Source of the DNA: a virus
Taxonomy: Duplodnaviria; Caudoviricetes
Length of the DNA: 64,000 nt
Direction: 5' to 3' (one strand)
Virus record (IMG/VR): IMGVR_UViG_3300035145_001308
Span: 1,911-65,910 of that record
This document shows, in pieces, positions 18,025-28,725 of this stretch. Within the stretch, counting starts at the first letter, position 1. The number at the start of each line of letters is the position of its first letter. Position numbers and translations under genes: made by a program. The notes beneath the pieces are model-generated. The model searched no databases and had not been told where the DNA came from. It saw only the letters and a list, made by a program, of their open reading frames with translations.

Positions 18025-21000
18025 ATGGCAACAACAATCAAACACAAGCGATCTGCGATCGCAGGTAAAAAACCTATAGTTTCGCAACTTGAATCTGGTG
18101 AACTAGCAATCAACACAGCAGACGGTAAAGTATTTTTACTACGTGACGATAGCACAGTTCAAGATATCACAAAACGTATTTTTGTTAATGATACTGAGAT
18201 TACTATTGATGATTTTGGAGATAGTGCTTCAGCTGAAATCAACATGCGTGTTAATGATAATGATGCATTAAATGTAACAGATGCAGGTTTTAACTTTTTT
18301 AAAGACGTTGATGTTGAAAATGCCAACACACTTACATTCAAAGAACTTACTGCTTCAGGTGACGACGGTGTTTCATTAAAGGCACCAAACACACTAGACT
18401 CTGGTTACACCTTGACATTGCCTCCGACTCAAGGTTCAATCGGTCAGTTATTAAAAGTAGATGCCACAGGTAACCTTAGTTTTACAGATCCAGACGTGTT
18501 TGGCGGTAACGTTATCTATGTGTCTCAAGAACAAGGTGATGATGCTAATGACGGACAGAGCGCTCCTGTTAGAACAGTTAAGAGAGCATGTAAACTTGCT
18601 TCAGCATTGGTTTACAATGCAGACGGTACAATCAACTTCAAACGTGTCAACATCAAAGTTGCGGTTGGAGACTACACAGAAGACAATCCAATCATTGTTC
18701 CAGATAACACAGTTATTAAAGGTGACGGTTTGCGTGGTTGTATTATCCGTCCTGCTAATGCTAACCAAGACATGCTTCGTGTACGTAATGCATGTTACTT
18801 TGGTGAATTTACTTTCCGTGATGGTGTAGATAACAACTTTGTTCCTACATTGACAGCAGACTATGCTGTGGCATTTGATGATCCGTTTGATACAACTATT
18901 ACAGACAGAGCAGATTACACAAACTTGCCTAGCACAAGACCAACTATTACTACGTCACCGTATATCCAAAACTGTTCGATTCTTTCGTTCTTAGGTATGA
19001 ACGGTGCTAAGATCGACGGTGCAAAAGTTGAATCGCCCAACGTTCCGGCATTTGGTATCGAGGCTGAAAATCCAGTCGTCGGTGCTATACCTGAACAAGG
19101 TAAGTCAATGGTTGCTAACGCATTTACTATTTTATCGTTTGGTGGTACAGCGTGGAGATTACTGAACGATGCCTATGCACAGATCGTGTCTTGTTTTGAA
19201 ATCTTCCTACTCAACGGTGTTTACTGTCAGTCAGGCGGATATTGTTCTATTACCAACTCTGCTACAAACTTTGGTTTGTATGCTCTACGTTCATCAGGTT
19301 ATTCACCAAAAGCATTTAGTTTTGATAGAAGTCACGTAACTGCAACTGGTCAAGCAGATGGTAAACAAACTGTAAGTATTGTAGGTATCAATCGTGATAG
19401 TCCTGTTGAAGAATTTATTTTAAGATTCCGTGAACCAGAATATAAAACTGCTCACGACTTGTTGATATTAAACAAAGATTTGATAGCAGATGATGTTGTG
19501 ACTTGGATTAATGCACAGATATCTGGTGCGTCACCAAGTATTTGGGCTGGTTTTACTTATAGCGAAGATAAGTGTCGTAGAGACACACAACTATTACTAG
19601 ACGCTATCAGATATGACATTATTTTTAACTCAAACTATAGAACTGTTAGTGCAGCCTTAAGATATTTTAGTGGTAGTTTTCCTACATTTACTGATCAAAA
19701 AGATCAGCATATTGCAGCATTTGGACAAGCAAAAACATTAACTGCAAACTATCTAAGTGACGCAACTGCAACAAGTAGATCTAATGCATTGTGGGACGAA
19801 ATCATTGATATCTTACAAAACGGTAGTAGTGATCTTACACAAGCAGGCAATGATCCAGCTGATGCATATACATTTCCAACACCAACAGGTGGTACAGATA
19901 ACGCTAGTGATAGCGGCTATGCAAATGCTGTACAGCAACTTCTTGCTAACAAAGAGTTTATCGTATCTGAAATTACTGCATATATAAATGTTCAAATAGC
20001 AGCTGGTAATGCACCGTTTAGTACTGGTTTTGTATACAACGAAGAAAAATGTGAACGTGATACTAGACTTATTATAGATGCACTAGTTTATGACTTAACT
20101 TATGGCGGTAACCTACAAACTAAGATAGCAGCTGAAGCATACTTTGTTGACGGCACTGCACAATACGGTACAGGACAACAAGAAGAAACTATCGCTGCAT
20201 ATGAGCGTTTAAAAACTGTTGTTGAACAGGTTATCCTAGAAACCACAGTTTCTGTAAGTGCAGGCAACGCATTAACACAAGACACATCAAATGCTGCCGG
20301 TTCGAGCGATGCTAGTACTACAGCAGGAACTCGTGTGCAAACTATTTTAGATTTCATTGACAACGCTGGTGCAGTTGCGGTAACACAGATCGATCCTGAC
20401 GTAAGTTGGGTATCAGGTAATGCTGAATATTCAGCATACGACGAACTAGATTTAGAAGGCCGTATCAATGTTGCACAAAATGTTACACAATATATAAATG
20501 AGCAGATACAAGCAAACATATGGTATAACTTTACATACAACGAAACTAAGTGTAACAGAGACACACAACTTATTGTTGAAGCAGCAGCAAAAGACACATG
20601 GGATACTGGTAACAGATATTCACGTAGTGCTGGTTTGGCATACTATACTAGAAACCTTCAAGACAGTTCTCAAATTAGTATTAGTGGTCAAGAATTACAA
20701 ACTATAGCAGCTATTGATCGAGCAAAAACTGAGGCACTTACATACCTAACAGCATTAACATCAGACTTACAAGACTTTGTAGGATCACGTTTTGATATAG
20801 TAACAACAATCATTAATGATCCTTTAGACTTACCAGATCCTACAGAAGTTAGTGCAGAAGGTGATATTACAAATGATTATAAAACTACACCAAGTGAAAC
20901 AACTTTTAATGCTGCTACTGCTGTAAATGCTATAACTAATACATTTACTATTGTTGGACATGGACTAACTAACGGATTAAAAGTTATCTACGACACAGAC

Positions 21001-24000
21001 GGAAACGCACCAGTAGTTGGTCTTGACCAAGAACAAACTTACTATGTTGACTTAATAGACGAAGACAACTTTAAACTAGCATTCGATGATAGTTTAGAGT
21101 TTCCTGTGAATATTATTTCTGCAAGTACAGGAACACACAAGTTCCTATCTGGAGTTATTGAATTTTTTGTAGAAGAAATATTAAGCTCGCACCAAACATA
21201 TCAAACTTTGATATTAGAATCAGGTGCAGAAAGTTATAACTTTGTTGCAGGTCGTGTTATTACAGGTACAACTGGTGCAAGTAATAACAGTGCTATTGTA
21301 CACAGTTGGGAACCACGTGAGCGTAGACTTGTTGTAAGTATTGAAGAAGTAGCTGTTGGGGCTAGTTTGCTGAGAATCCAGTTTGACGAAACAAGTGTTA
21401 TTGCAGAAGACCATACAAGTGGTACACCTAACACAAGTATTGGTGTTAACGAAGCAGCAGCACGTACTGGTTTAGGCACAGCAACATTCAGTATCACAGC
21501 AACAGATGGTAGTTCAAGTCTTAGTAACCTAGTTAATCTATTAGAAAAACAGTGTTGGTTCCACAGACCTTCTGTTGTTAACTCATCTGCACATACTTGG
21601 GAATATGCAGGTTCAGGTACAGACTATAATGCACTACCACAAAACGGTGGTAACACTAAATCAGAATACGAACAGTTTGAAGAACTACCAGGGCGTGTGT
21701 ACTCATCAGGTACAAACGAACTTGGTGACTTTAAAGTTGGTGACTTTATTACAGCGTTCAACAGAACAGGTAACATTACATTTAGAAACAAAGTGCAGGT
21801 GGACGAACTTGATGCTTTGAGACTGAGCTTGTCAGATGTTGCTATTGAAGAAATCTCAACAAGTGTCAACTTAGGTGATGATGAGATTGGTGGACCAAGC
21901 GATGGCAGATTATCTACACAGTTAGCAGTTAGAAGTTTTATTAGTAATAGACTAGGTGGCTTTGTTGACAAAACAGTGAGTACTGCTGCTGTTCCAGGTG
22001 CTATTGTTCAGTTGAACACAAACGGTCAGTTAAACGGCGACTTGATTCCTGCTACTAGACAGTTTACAAACACAAACACAAATGGTTATCAATCACGCCT
22101 AGAGCAAGTTGATGACATTCCTGCTATCGACTTGAAAGCTGGTGACATTGCTACTGAGAACTATGAACAAGTAGAACTTACACTGAGTGGTAACATTAAT
22201 GCAGCAGATGGTGCTGAGATTACACAGCCTGGTATCGCTGGAGCGGTTGCATATGCTAAAGGTAGTTATACTGCAAGTGGTAACATACTTGTTGTTACAC
22301 AAGACGGAGCATGGAACGATGAAGACGACTCAGTTGGTGATCCTTGGGATGTAAGCGGCACAGCACCTAACTTGTTTGTTAACGGTGTTGACTCAGGTGT
22401 GCGCCCAACTTCAAAAGGTCCAAGCACAGAGATCGTTGACAACTGGTTCTTACGTAGTTCGAATACAAGTCAGTATTTAGAGTTAGACCCAGGCGAAGAC
22501 TATACATTTACAAGCGCAACACTTACAACTATTGAACGTAACAGTAATGTAGCTACAGCAACAACTAGCACAGCACACAACCTACAAGTAGGAAACAATG
22601 TTCAAGTTTTATGTGTAGAAGATACTACATTTGATGAAAACACACTTGTTATTAGTACTCCAACAAGTACAACATTCACTTATGCTAACACCGATAGTGC
22701 TGATCCAACAAAAGCAAGTGCAAGTGTTACAGGTACAGTACGATCTATAGTAACAAGTGCTGATGGCGGTGCTCAAGGTGCGGTAACCGAAGTAAGATTT
22801 GGTATTGCGTCAAACTTGGATAATGCAAACATCACAGGAGGTAGCGGATACACTCCTACACTAGGAAACAAAGTATATGAAAATGTTGATCTACAAGCAA
22901 AGACTGGTTCTGGTACTGGTGCAAGGGCTGACATCACAGTTACGGCAGGACAGGTTACTGATGTAGATATTGACAGAGGCGGTACCGGATACGAAGTCGG
23001 TGATTTGCTTGAAGTAAATGCAAGCGATGTAGGCGGCACAGGTAGTGGATTTGAAATTGAAATCACTGGTATTGAAAAACGTGCATATGTTAATATCTTA
23101 GGTGGTGAACTATTTGTTGCAAGTAGTTCTAGTATTGACTTTGTTGAAGACAATACTGCGGTTGCCACAGGAAAAGATATAAACTTAGATGACATTCTAT
23201 CGCACAACTTTTTAGCAGGTGTATCAGGATCTGGCGGTGCTGTAAACTATACAGACAGTCGTATCATCATTACTAATCACGGCTTTGGAAACGGTGATCC
23301 AGTATCTTATGATTCACTAGCAAATACTCCTATTGGAGGTTTGTTAAATGGTAGTGTGTATTACGTAAAAGTTATAGACGCAAATACCATTGAACTATAT
23401 AACGGTTTTGCTCTTCTTTCAAAAGTAACATTTACAAGCACACCAGCAAACAACAACCATAACATCACACGTAAGACAATAAACATTACTGATAACAGTG
23501 TTGTTGTTATAGGACACGGTTATACAACAGGTGACGCTATACGTATTGAAACATTAAGCGATGGATCAACTTCTAATGAGTTGCCCACTATTGATGGCGG
23601 TGATCCTATAGACAGCGGTTCAAGATTCTTTGTAGGATCTCTTACAACAAACTCATTTACACTACACACACTCCGTTCAGATGCTATTAGCAGTATCAAT
23701 GACTTGGTTACAAATGCAGAAGATATTACTGCAATTGGTACAGGTAGTGCGCAGGTTATCCAAAACAATGTTCAAGTAAATGCTGTTATCAACACATCAA
23801 GTAGATTACTTGCAAACTGGAACACACTTGCTGTTACAAATATTGACGCAGAAAATATTATTTCTGGTACAATATCTCCAAGCAGACTTGGCTCTGGCAT
23901 ACCAAACAGTGACTCGGTGCTATTTGGTGATAGTGCATATAAAACTGTTGTTCAGAGTTTGAAAAAAGCAACTACAACTGACAACCCAATCACTCTTACT

Positions 24001-27000
24001 GGTTCTAGTTTAAGTGGAGAGTTCTACGGTGATCCAGTTAACATTGGTATTGCTAACGCAGACTATGATCCACTTGGTACATTCTCAACACTTGGTGTAA
24101 GTAGATTCTTGCAAACACAGTTTGATGTTGATTCAGCAGGCACAGGTCAAGTGTTTATTAAAGACGGTGTAGTTGATGCAGGTACACTTGACGGTTTAGA
24201 TAGTGCTTACTTTCTTAACCCTGCTAACTTAACAAGCAACGTTCCAGTTACAAAAGGTGGTACAGGATTAAGCACTTACGCTGTTGGTGATATCTTATAT
24301 GCAGAAACATCAGGTTCACTTAACACTGTAAACATTGGTAGAGCTAACAACTTCTTAAAGTCAAATGGTACAAATCCTGAATGGGGTACAGCACTTGATC
24401 TTGCAGAAGGCTTAGACGTTGGTTCTGCTGCACTTACTTCAACAAGCACAGGTGCTGGTAGACTTTATAATGATAATGTTACAAGTTTAGAAATCGGTGG
24501 AGACGCTACAAATATTATAATGGGTAATGGCTCAGGACCAAGAAACTTGTTTACATTTGTAGCCAGTTATGAAGCAGATACAAGTAGAGATGTTGCAGTA
24601 AACTTAGAAAATGTGGTTCAATCGACTGCTGAGGTTACTGATAATGGTATTAACGAAGTCATTATGTCAGACACAACAGGTATCTTATCAGGAATGATTG
24701 TTACAGGTAGTGCAAGTATTCCTTCTAACACAACTGTTAGTGGTGTTACAGAGGATGCTATCTATCTAAGCGCAAATACAACAGGTTCAATCTTAAGTGG
24801 TGTGTCATTATCATTTACATACACTCCATATACATTAGGTATAAATGTAGGTGATACTGTAAATATTAGCGGCAGTGGAGTTTCTAACTTAGATGGTACA
24901 CATCCGGTAAGTGGTGCAACAGATACAGCAACTTCTTTTACTATTAGAACTGAAAACTTAGTAGTAGCACTAGCAACTGACATTCCAGCAGGTGCTATAA
25001 CTATTAACAATAACTTAGTGTTACGTAATAACAATGTAATCATTGGTAATGCTGAAACTAGCACAGCACCTGTTGATGGTGCTATTAGAGGCGCGGATGG
25101 ACTAGGAGCTGACGTAGGCGGTGGTTCATTAACAATAGAAGCTGGATTAGGTACTGGTAATGCAACCGGAGGCGATATTATTATCAAAACTGGTGAAGTA
25201 GGAAGCACAGGTGATTTGGCACAAACAAGCACAACAAGACTTACTATTGACACAAGTGGTAACACGACTATCACAGGTTACACGAACTTCTCAGATGATA
25301 CAGCAATCAAAGTGCCCGTTGGTACAACAGCACAACGTCCAACAGCGGCAACAGGTCAGATTAGATTTAACTCAACTGATAGCACATACGAAGGTTACGA
25401 TGGTACTGCTTGGTCATCACTTGGTGGAGTTATCGACCAAGACCAAGACACAAAAATTATTGCGCAAACAGCAGCTGGTGACGACAACGATGACTTGGAT
25501 TTCTTTACAGCTGGCACACAGCGTATGCAGATTGACGAAAATGGTGATCTCAAGTTTGGTGATAGCTTAGACAAGTTCACAGTTGCATATTCGTCAGGTA
25601 ATATGACAGTAGCTGGTAACTTAACATTGACAGGTGATTTGCAAGTTGATGGTACAACCTCAACAATCAACTCAACTACATTACAAGTTGATGATAAAAA
25701 TATAGAACTAGGTACTGTAGATACTCCAACTGATACAACTGCTAATGGTGGTGGTATCACATTGAAAGGTACTACTGATAAAACTATTACTTGGGATGTT
25801 TTACAAACAAGTTGGGATTTTAGCGAGCATGTCAATCTTGCAAACACCAAAGAATTTAGAATCAATGATGTAGCAGTGCTAAGTTCAACTACATTAGGTT
25901 CAGCAGTTGTAAGCAGTAGCTTAACAGGAACAGGCATACTTAACTCAGGTAGTATTAACACAGGCTTTGGTAATATCAATATTGGAACAAGCACATTTAC
26001 TGGTAACGGTAGTGGACTTACTACATTAAATGGTTCAAACATTTCAAGCGGTACTGTCGACGGCGCTAGACTAGGCGGCAACCAAACAATGGCTGGTGTG
26101 AAAACATTTAGCGATACAAGTGCTGCAACTAACACAACCACTGGTGCGATTAGAGTTGGCGGCGGTATGGGTGTAGCAGGCGCAATATATGCAGGCAGCT
26201 TGAACACCACACAAGGTGGCGGTATCCAAAACTTGAGTGCAAATAACTTAGGAACTGGTACTGTACCAAATGCCCGTATATCAGGCACATACAGTAACTT
26301 AACAGGTACTGGTGCATTAGATGCTGGTGAGATTACAAGTGGCTTTGGTAATATCAATATTGGTACTAGCACCTTTACTGGTAATGGTAGTGGATTAACA
26401 AACGTAGATGCAGAAACATTAGATGGTATTGACAGCGCAAGTTTCTTACGCAGTGACGCAGCAGACACTATGGCTGCACTACTTACTATAGAACACGCCG
26501 GCGACGAACTTTTAAGATTGACCGATACTAGTGCAAGTGGTTCTCCAGCAATGACTTTTTATCAGTCAACTACAGAAAGAGCTACTATCGAATATCTAGA
26601 TAGTGGAGATGTGTTCCGTTTTACTAATGAAACTAGTGATGAATACTTACAAATTGGATCTGGTCATACCGGTCTACAATACAACGTGAGTGGTGTAACT
26701 GGTGGACTTTACACAGTTTGGCACAGCGGTAACGACGGTGCAGGAAGCGGGCTTGATGCTGATAACTTAGATGGATTAGCATCTACAAGTTTTATACGTA
26801 GTGACACTAACGATGCATTCTCAGGAACACTAAGTGGTACAGGTAGCATTAGTATTACTGGTAACATTGGAGCAACTGCATTTACAGGTGACGGTAGTGG
26901 ACTTACAGGTATCAGTGCTGACGATGCGCAAACGCTTGACGGTATTGACAGTACAGGATTCTTACGTAGTAATGTATCTGATATAAAAACAAATGGTAAT

Positions 27001-27495
27001 CTAAGATTTGACGATAGTGTATTCTTAAACTTTGGTACTGGAACTGATGCAGAGATGTATTTTAATGGTACTGATTTCTTTATTGATATGAACAGCGATG
27101 CAGATATTCGCTTTAGAGATGGTAACAGCAGTAATAACACTAGATTCTTCTTTGATATTAGTGCAGGCGATTTTACTGCTGACGGTGAAATAACAGCTTA
27201 TTCCGATGTTACACTTAAAGACAATATCGAGGTGATTGCAGATCCTCTTACTAAAATACTAAGTGTAAGAGGTGTTACATTTACACGTAAAGATAAAAAT
27301 GATGGTCAAGTTCATATGGGTGTGATTGCACAAGAGATTGAAGAATACTTCCCAGAAGTTGTTAACACAAATGACGAAGGTATTAAGTCAGTCAACTACG
27401 GTGCAATGGCAGGTGCATTTATTGAAGCGTTTAAAGAGCAACAGTCTCAAATCGATGAACTGAAAGAAATGGTGCAAAAATTACTAGATAAATAA
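18025..27495 (+). CDS. Giant tail fibre (3156 aa) with C-terminal intramolecular chaperone (peptidase S74) domain
   Basis: N-terminal IKHKRS...GELAINTADGK anchor; beta-helix; 3 KCxRD repeats; H(G/N)(L/F)xxG(D/N) beta repeats; DA.TLDGIDS..FLRS repeats; S74 signature YSDVTLKDNI...RGVTF...GVIAQEIE..FPEVV...SVNYG from ~27199. Confidence 0.85.
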   Translation: MATTIKHKRSAIAGKKPIVSQLESGELAINTADGKVFLLRDDSTVQDITKRIFVNDTEITIDDFGDSASAEINMRVNDNDALNVTDAGFNFFKDVDVENANTLTFKELTASGDDGVSLKAPNTLDSGYTLTLPPTQGSIGQLLKVDATGNLSFTDPDVFGGNVIYVSQEQGDDANDGQSAPVRTVKRACKLASALVYNADGTINFKRVNIKVAVGDYTEDNPIIVPDNTVIKGDGLRGCIIRPANANQDMLRVRNACYFGEFTFRDGVDNNFVPTLTADYAVAFDDPFDTTITDRADYTNLPSTRPTITTSPYIQNCSILSFLGMNGAKIDGAKVESPNVPAFGIEAENPVVGAIPEQGKSMVANAFTILSFGGTAWRLLNDAYAQIVSCFEIFLLNGVYCQSGGYCSITNSATNFGLYALRSSGYSPKAFSFDRSHVTATGQADGKQTVSIVGINRDSPVEEFILRFREPEYKTAHDLLILNKDLIADDVVTWINAQISGASPSIWAGFTYSEDKCRRDTQLLLDAIRYDIIFNSNYRTVSAALRYFSGSFPTFTDQKDQHIAAFGQAKTLTANYLSDATATSRSNALWDEIIDILQNGSSDLTQAGNDPADAYTFPTPTGGTDNASDSGYANAVQQLLANKEFIVSEITAYINVQIAAGNAPFSTGFVYNEEKCERDTRLIIDALVYDLTYGGNLQTKIAAEAYFVDGTAQYGTGQQEETIAAYERLKTVVEQVILETTVSVSAGNALTQDTSNAAGSSDASTTAGTRVQTILDFIDNAGAVAVTQIDPDVSWVSGNAEYSAYDELDLEGRINVAQNVTQYINEQIQANIWYNFTYNETKCNRDTQLIVEAAAKDTWDTGNRYSRSAGLAYYTRNLQDSSQISISGQELQTIAAIDRAKTEALTYLTALTSDLQDFVGSRFDIVTTIINDPLDLPDPTEVSAEGDITNDYKTTPSETTFNAATAVNAITNTFTIVGHGLTNGLKVIYDTDGNAPVVGLDQEQTYYVDLIDEDNFKLAFDDSLEFPVNIISASTGTHKFLSGVIEFFVEEILSSHQTYQTLILESGAESYNFVAGRVITGTTGASNNSAIVHSWEPRERRLVVSIEEVAVGASLLRIQFDETSVIAEDHTSGTPNTSIGVNEAAARTGLGTATFSITATDGSSSLSNLVNLLEKQCWFHRPSVVNSSAHTWEYAGSGTDYNALPQNGGNTKSEYEQFEELPGRVYSSGTNELGDFKVGDFITAFNRTGNITFRNKVQVDELDALRLSLSDVAIEEISTSVNLGDDEIGGPSDGRLSTQLAVRSFISNRLGGFVDKTVSTAAVPGAIVQLNTNGQLNGDLIPATRQFTNTNTNGYQSRLEQVDDIPAIDLKAGDIATENYEQVELTLSGNINAADGAEITQPGIAGAVAYAKGSYTASGNILVVTQDGAWNDEDDSVGDPWDVSGTAPNLFVNGVDSGVRPTSKGPSTEIVDNWFLRSSNTSQYLELDPGEDYTFTSATLTTIERNSNVATATTSTAHNLQVGNNVQVLCVEDTTFDENTLVISTPTSTTFTYANTDSADPTKASASVTGTVRSIVTSADGGAQGAVTEVRFGIASNLDNANITGGSGYTPTLGNKVYENVDLQAKTGSGTGARADITVTAGQVTDVDIDRGGTGYEVGDLLEVNASDVGGTGSGFEIEITGIEKRAYVNILGGELFVASSSSIDFVEDNTAVATGKDINLDDILSHNFLAGVSGSGGAVNYTDSRIIITNHGFGNGDPVSYDSLANTPIGGLLNGSVYYVKVIDANTIELYNGFALLSKVTFTSTPANNNHNITRKTINITDNSVVVIGHGYTTGDAIRIETLSDGSTSNELPTIDGGDPIDSGSRFFVGSLTTNSFTLHTLRSDAISSINDLVTNAEDITAIGTGSAQVIQNNVQVNAVINTSSRLLANWNTLAVTNIDAENIISGTISPSRLGSGIPNSDSVLFGDSAYKTVVQSLKKATTTDNPITLTGSSLSGEFYGDPVNIGIANADYDPLGTFSTLGVSRFLQTQFDVDSAGTGQVFIKDGVVDAGTLDGLDSAYFLNPANLTSNVPVTKGGTGLSTYAVGDILYAETSGSLNTVNIGRANNFLKSNGTNPEWGTALDLAEGLDVGSAALTSTSTGAGRLYNDNVTSLEIGGDATNIIMGNGSGPRNLFTFVASYEADTSRDVAVNLENVVQSTAEVTDNGINEVIMSDTTGILSGMIVTGSASIPSNTTVSGVTEDAIYLSANTTGSILSGVSLSFTYTPYTLGINVGDTVNISGSGVSNLDGTHPVSGATDTATSFTIRTENLVVALATDIPAGAITINNNLVLRNNNVIIGNAETSTAPVDGAIRGADGLGADVGGGSLTIEAGLGTGNATGGDIIIKTGEVGSTGDLAQTSTTRLTIDTSGNTTITGYTNFSDDTAIKVPVGTTAQRPTAATGQIRFNSTDSTYEGYDGTAWSSLGGVIDQDQDTKIIAQTAAGDDNDDLDFFTAGTQRMQIDENGDLKFGDSLDKFTVAYSSGNMTVAGNLTLTGDLQVDGTTSTINSTTLQVDDKNIELGTVDTPTDTTANGGGITLKGTTDKTITWDVLQTSWDFSEHVNLANTKEFRINDVAVLSSTTLGSAVVSSSLTGTGILNSGSINTGFGNINIGTSTFTGNGSGLTTLNGSNISSGTVDGARLGGNQTMAGVKTFSDTSAATNTTTGAIRVGGGMGVAGAIYAGSLNTTQGGGIQNLSANNLGTGTVPNARISGTYSNLTGTGALDAGEITSGFGNINIGTSTFTGNGSGLTNVDAETLDGIDSASFLRSDAADTMAALLTIEHAGDELLRLTDTSASGSPAMTFYQSTTERATIEYLDSGDVFRFTNETSDEYLQIGSGHTGLQYNVSGVTGGLYTVWHSGNDGAGSGLDADNLDGLASTSFIRSDTNDAFSGTLSGTGSISITGNIGATAFTGDGSGLTGISADDAQTLDGIDSTGFLRSNVSDIKTNGNLRFDDSVFLNFGTGTDAEMYFNGTDFFIDMNSDADIRFRDGNSSNNTRFFFDISAGDFTADGEITAYSDVTLKDNIEVIADPLTKILSVRGVTFTRKDKNDGQVHMGVIAQEIEEYFPEVVNTNDEGIKSVNYGAMAGAFIEAFKEQQSQIDELKEMVQKLLDK

Positions 27496-27500
27496 TAAAA

Positions 27501-27524
27501 AGATAGTCGCTTTGGCGACTATCT
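27501..27524. terminator. Hairpin after the tail fibre gene (terminator-like; U-tract on the minus strand)
   Basis: agatagtcgc-tttg-gcgactatct, a perfect 10-bp stem preceded by an A run. Confidence 0.7.
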
Positions 27525-27527
27525 ATA

Positions 27528-27556
27528 TTGACTTGTATTAAATAATGTGCTAGTAT
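27528..27556 (+). promoter_or_regulatory. Sigma70-type promoter with an embedded late-like ATTAAATA
   Basis: TTGACT, 17 bp spacer, TAGTAT; same layout as the gp32 promoter at 49606. Confidence 0.6.
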
Positions 27557-27577
27557 AAGAACACTAAAGGAAAGTAA

Positions 27578-27754
27578 ATGGCATTACCTGAAACCGGCTT
27601 AACTATTACAATGTCAGAGATTCGTAACTATTTTGGTAGTAGTACGACTCCTGTATCGTTAAGCGCCGACTTAGCACCGTTTCTTAGCATAGCCGTATCG
27701 ACAACTATTACAATGAGTAGTACATTTGGCGGATATTACTTTCCAGCTACATAA
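27578..27754 (+). CDS. 58-aa Ser/Thr-rich protein resembling a stand-alone fibre-tip (adhesin N-terminal) docking domain; missing from the ORF track
   Basis: AAGGAAAG RBS; translation MALPETGLTITMSEIRNYFGSSTTPVSLSADLAPFLSIAVSTTITMSSTFGGYYFPAT; MALP.TG..I.MS.IR..FG pattern seen in proteins encoded after S74 fibres; stop overlaps the next RBS. Confidence 0.7.
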   Translation: MALPETGLTITMSEIRNYFGSSTTPVSLSADLAPFLSIAVSTTITMSSTFGGYYFPAT

Positions 27755-27763
27755 GGAGTTGAA

Positions 27764-28141
27764 ATGAAAACATTATTTGAAGTCATTAATCTTGACTTAG
27801 CACAAGAATATACAAAGGCACGTAAACGTGCTGTACTTGCAACAATCGAAATGGATGCACAAACACAGATTGAAGCAAACAAAGCCATTGACGAAATGGA
27901 TATTCCAGAAGACGATGAGAATCATCACTGGGTGCAAAAGATTGGTAAAGCAGCAGGTGCAGACTTGCTAACACTAGGAAAAGTACAACCTGAAAACATG
28001 CTGGCAATGGCAAGTTTAGGTAACGAAGGCTTTAGTGCCTGTGTGAAGGTTGCTACAAGTTCAGCCCGTGAATGGAACAACTTAACAATCGCAGCTGAAA
28101 AAGAACTTAATCAAGAATCTATTCCTAGCACAATGTTGTAA
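27764..28141 (+). CDS. Hypothetical helical protein (fibre-associated/chaperone-like)
   Basis: AAGGAG RBS; HWVQKIGKAAGADLLTLGKV.PENMLAM helical motif. Confidence 0.65.
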   Translation: MKTLFEVINLDLAQEYTKARKRAVLATIEMDAQTQIEANKAIDEMDIPEDDENHHWVQKIGKAAGADLLTLGKVQPENMLAMASLGNEGFSACVKVATSSAREWNNLTIAAEKELNQESIPSTML

Positions 28142-28725
28142 TGCAACTTAGTATTTGTGTACCGGCAGGTGATACATTACATACTGTATTTGCAAATAGT
28201 TTAGTTAATCTTACAAATAGATTGACAAAGCTAACAATACCTTGGAATCTACACATTGTTACAGGAAGTGTTATCTGTCAATCAAGAACAAAACTTGCAA
28301 ATGAAGCACTTGATAGCGGCGCTACACATTTGCTATGGCTAGATAGTGACATGTATTTTCCTGCGAATGTTTTACTTGATTTGGTAAATCACAAAAAAGA
28401 TATTGTCGCTGCACAATATAGCACAAGATATTCTCCTTATCAAACTGTTGCTTTTACAAATCCTGATAACATTAACGAAAGACTAAATGCAAGTTTTGGC
28501 TTACACAAAGTTTGGGCAGTAGGAATGGGATGTATGCTAGTAACAAGAAAAGTATTTGAAGATTTACCCAAGCCTTGGTTTGCACACGAATACAATAAAA
28601 CTTTAGACTCGCACAGCGGCGAAGATATATATTTTTGCAACCAAGCTATGCATCATGGTTACGATACATACATAGATGCTAGTATAAAAGTTGCACACAT
28701 AGGAACAAAGGCACATACATTATGA
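28141..28725 (+). CDS. Glycosyltransferase, GT-A fold (GT2-like)
   Basis: LSICVP, SRTKLA, THLLWLDSDM (DxD), VGMGCMLV, GEDIYFC, AHIG. Confidence 0.8.
   Translation: MQLSICVPAGDTLHTVFANSLVNLTNRLTKLTIPWNLHIVTGSVICQSRTKLANEALDSGATHLLWLDSDMYFPANVLLDLVNHKKDIVAAQYSTRYSPYQTVAFTNPDNINERLNASFGLHKVWAVGMGCMLVTRKVFEDLPKPWFAHEYNKTLDSHSGEDIYFCNQAMHHGYDTYIDASIKVAHIGTKAHTL

Noticed and set aside
25963-26400. Near-identical repeat pair (GFGNINIGTSTFTGNGSGLT) as a possible DGR template/variable repeat
   Set aside because: Both copies are in-frame fibre-shaft repeats with synonymous differences; no adenine-specific pattern and no reverse transcriptase in the window.
25395-26468. 357-aa minus-strand ORF, and many similar antisense ORFs across the capsid, fibre, sheath and acidic-protein genes
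   Set aside because: Shadow frames produced by the codon bias of the sense genes; no RBS, low-complexity Pro/Val/Ser translations.
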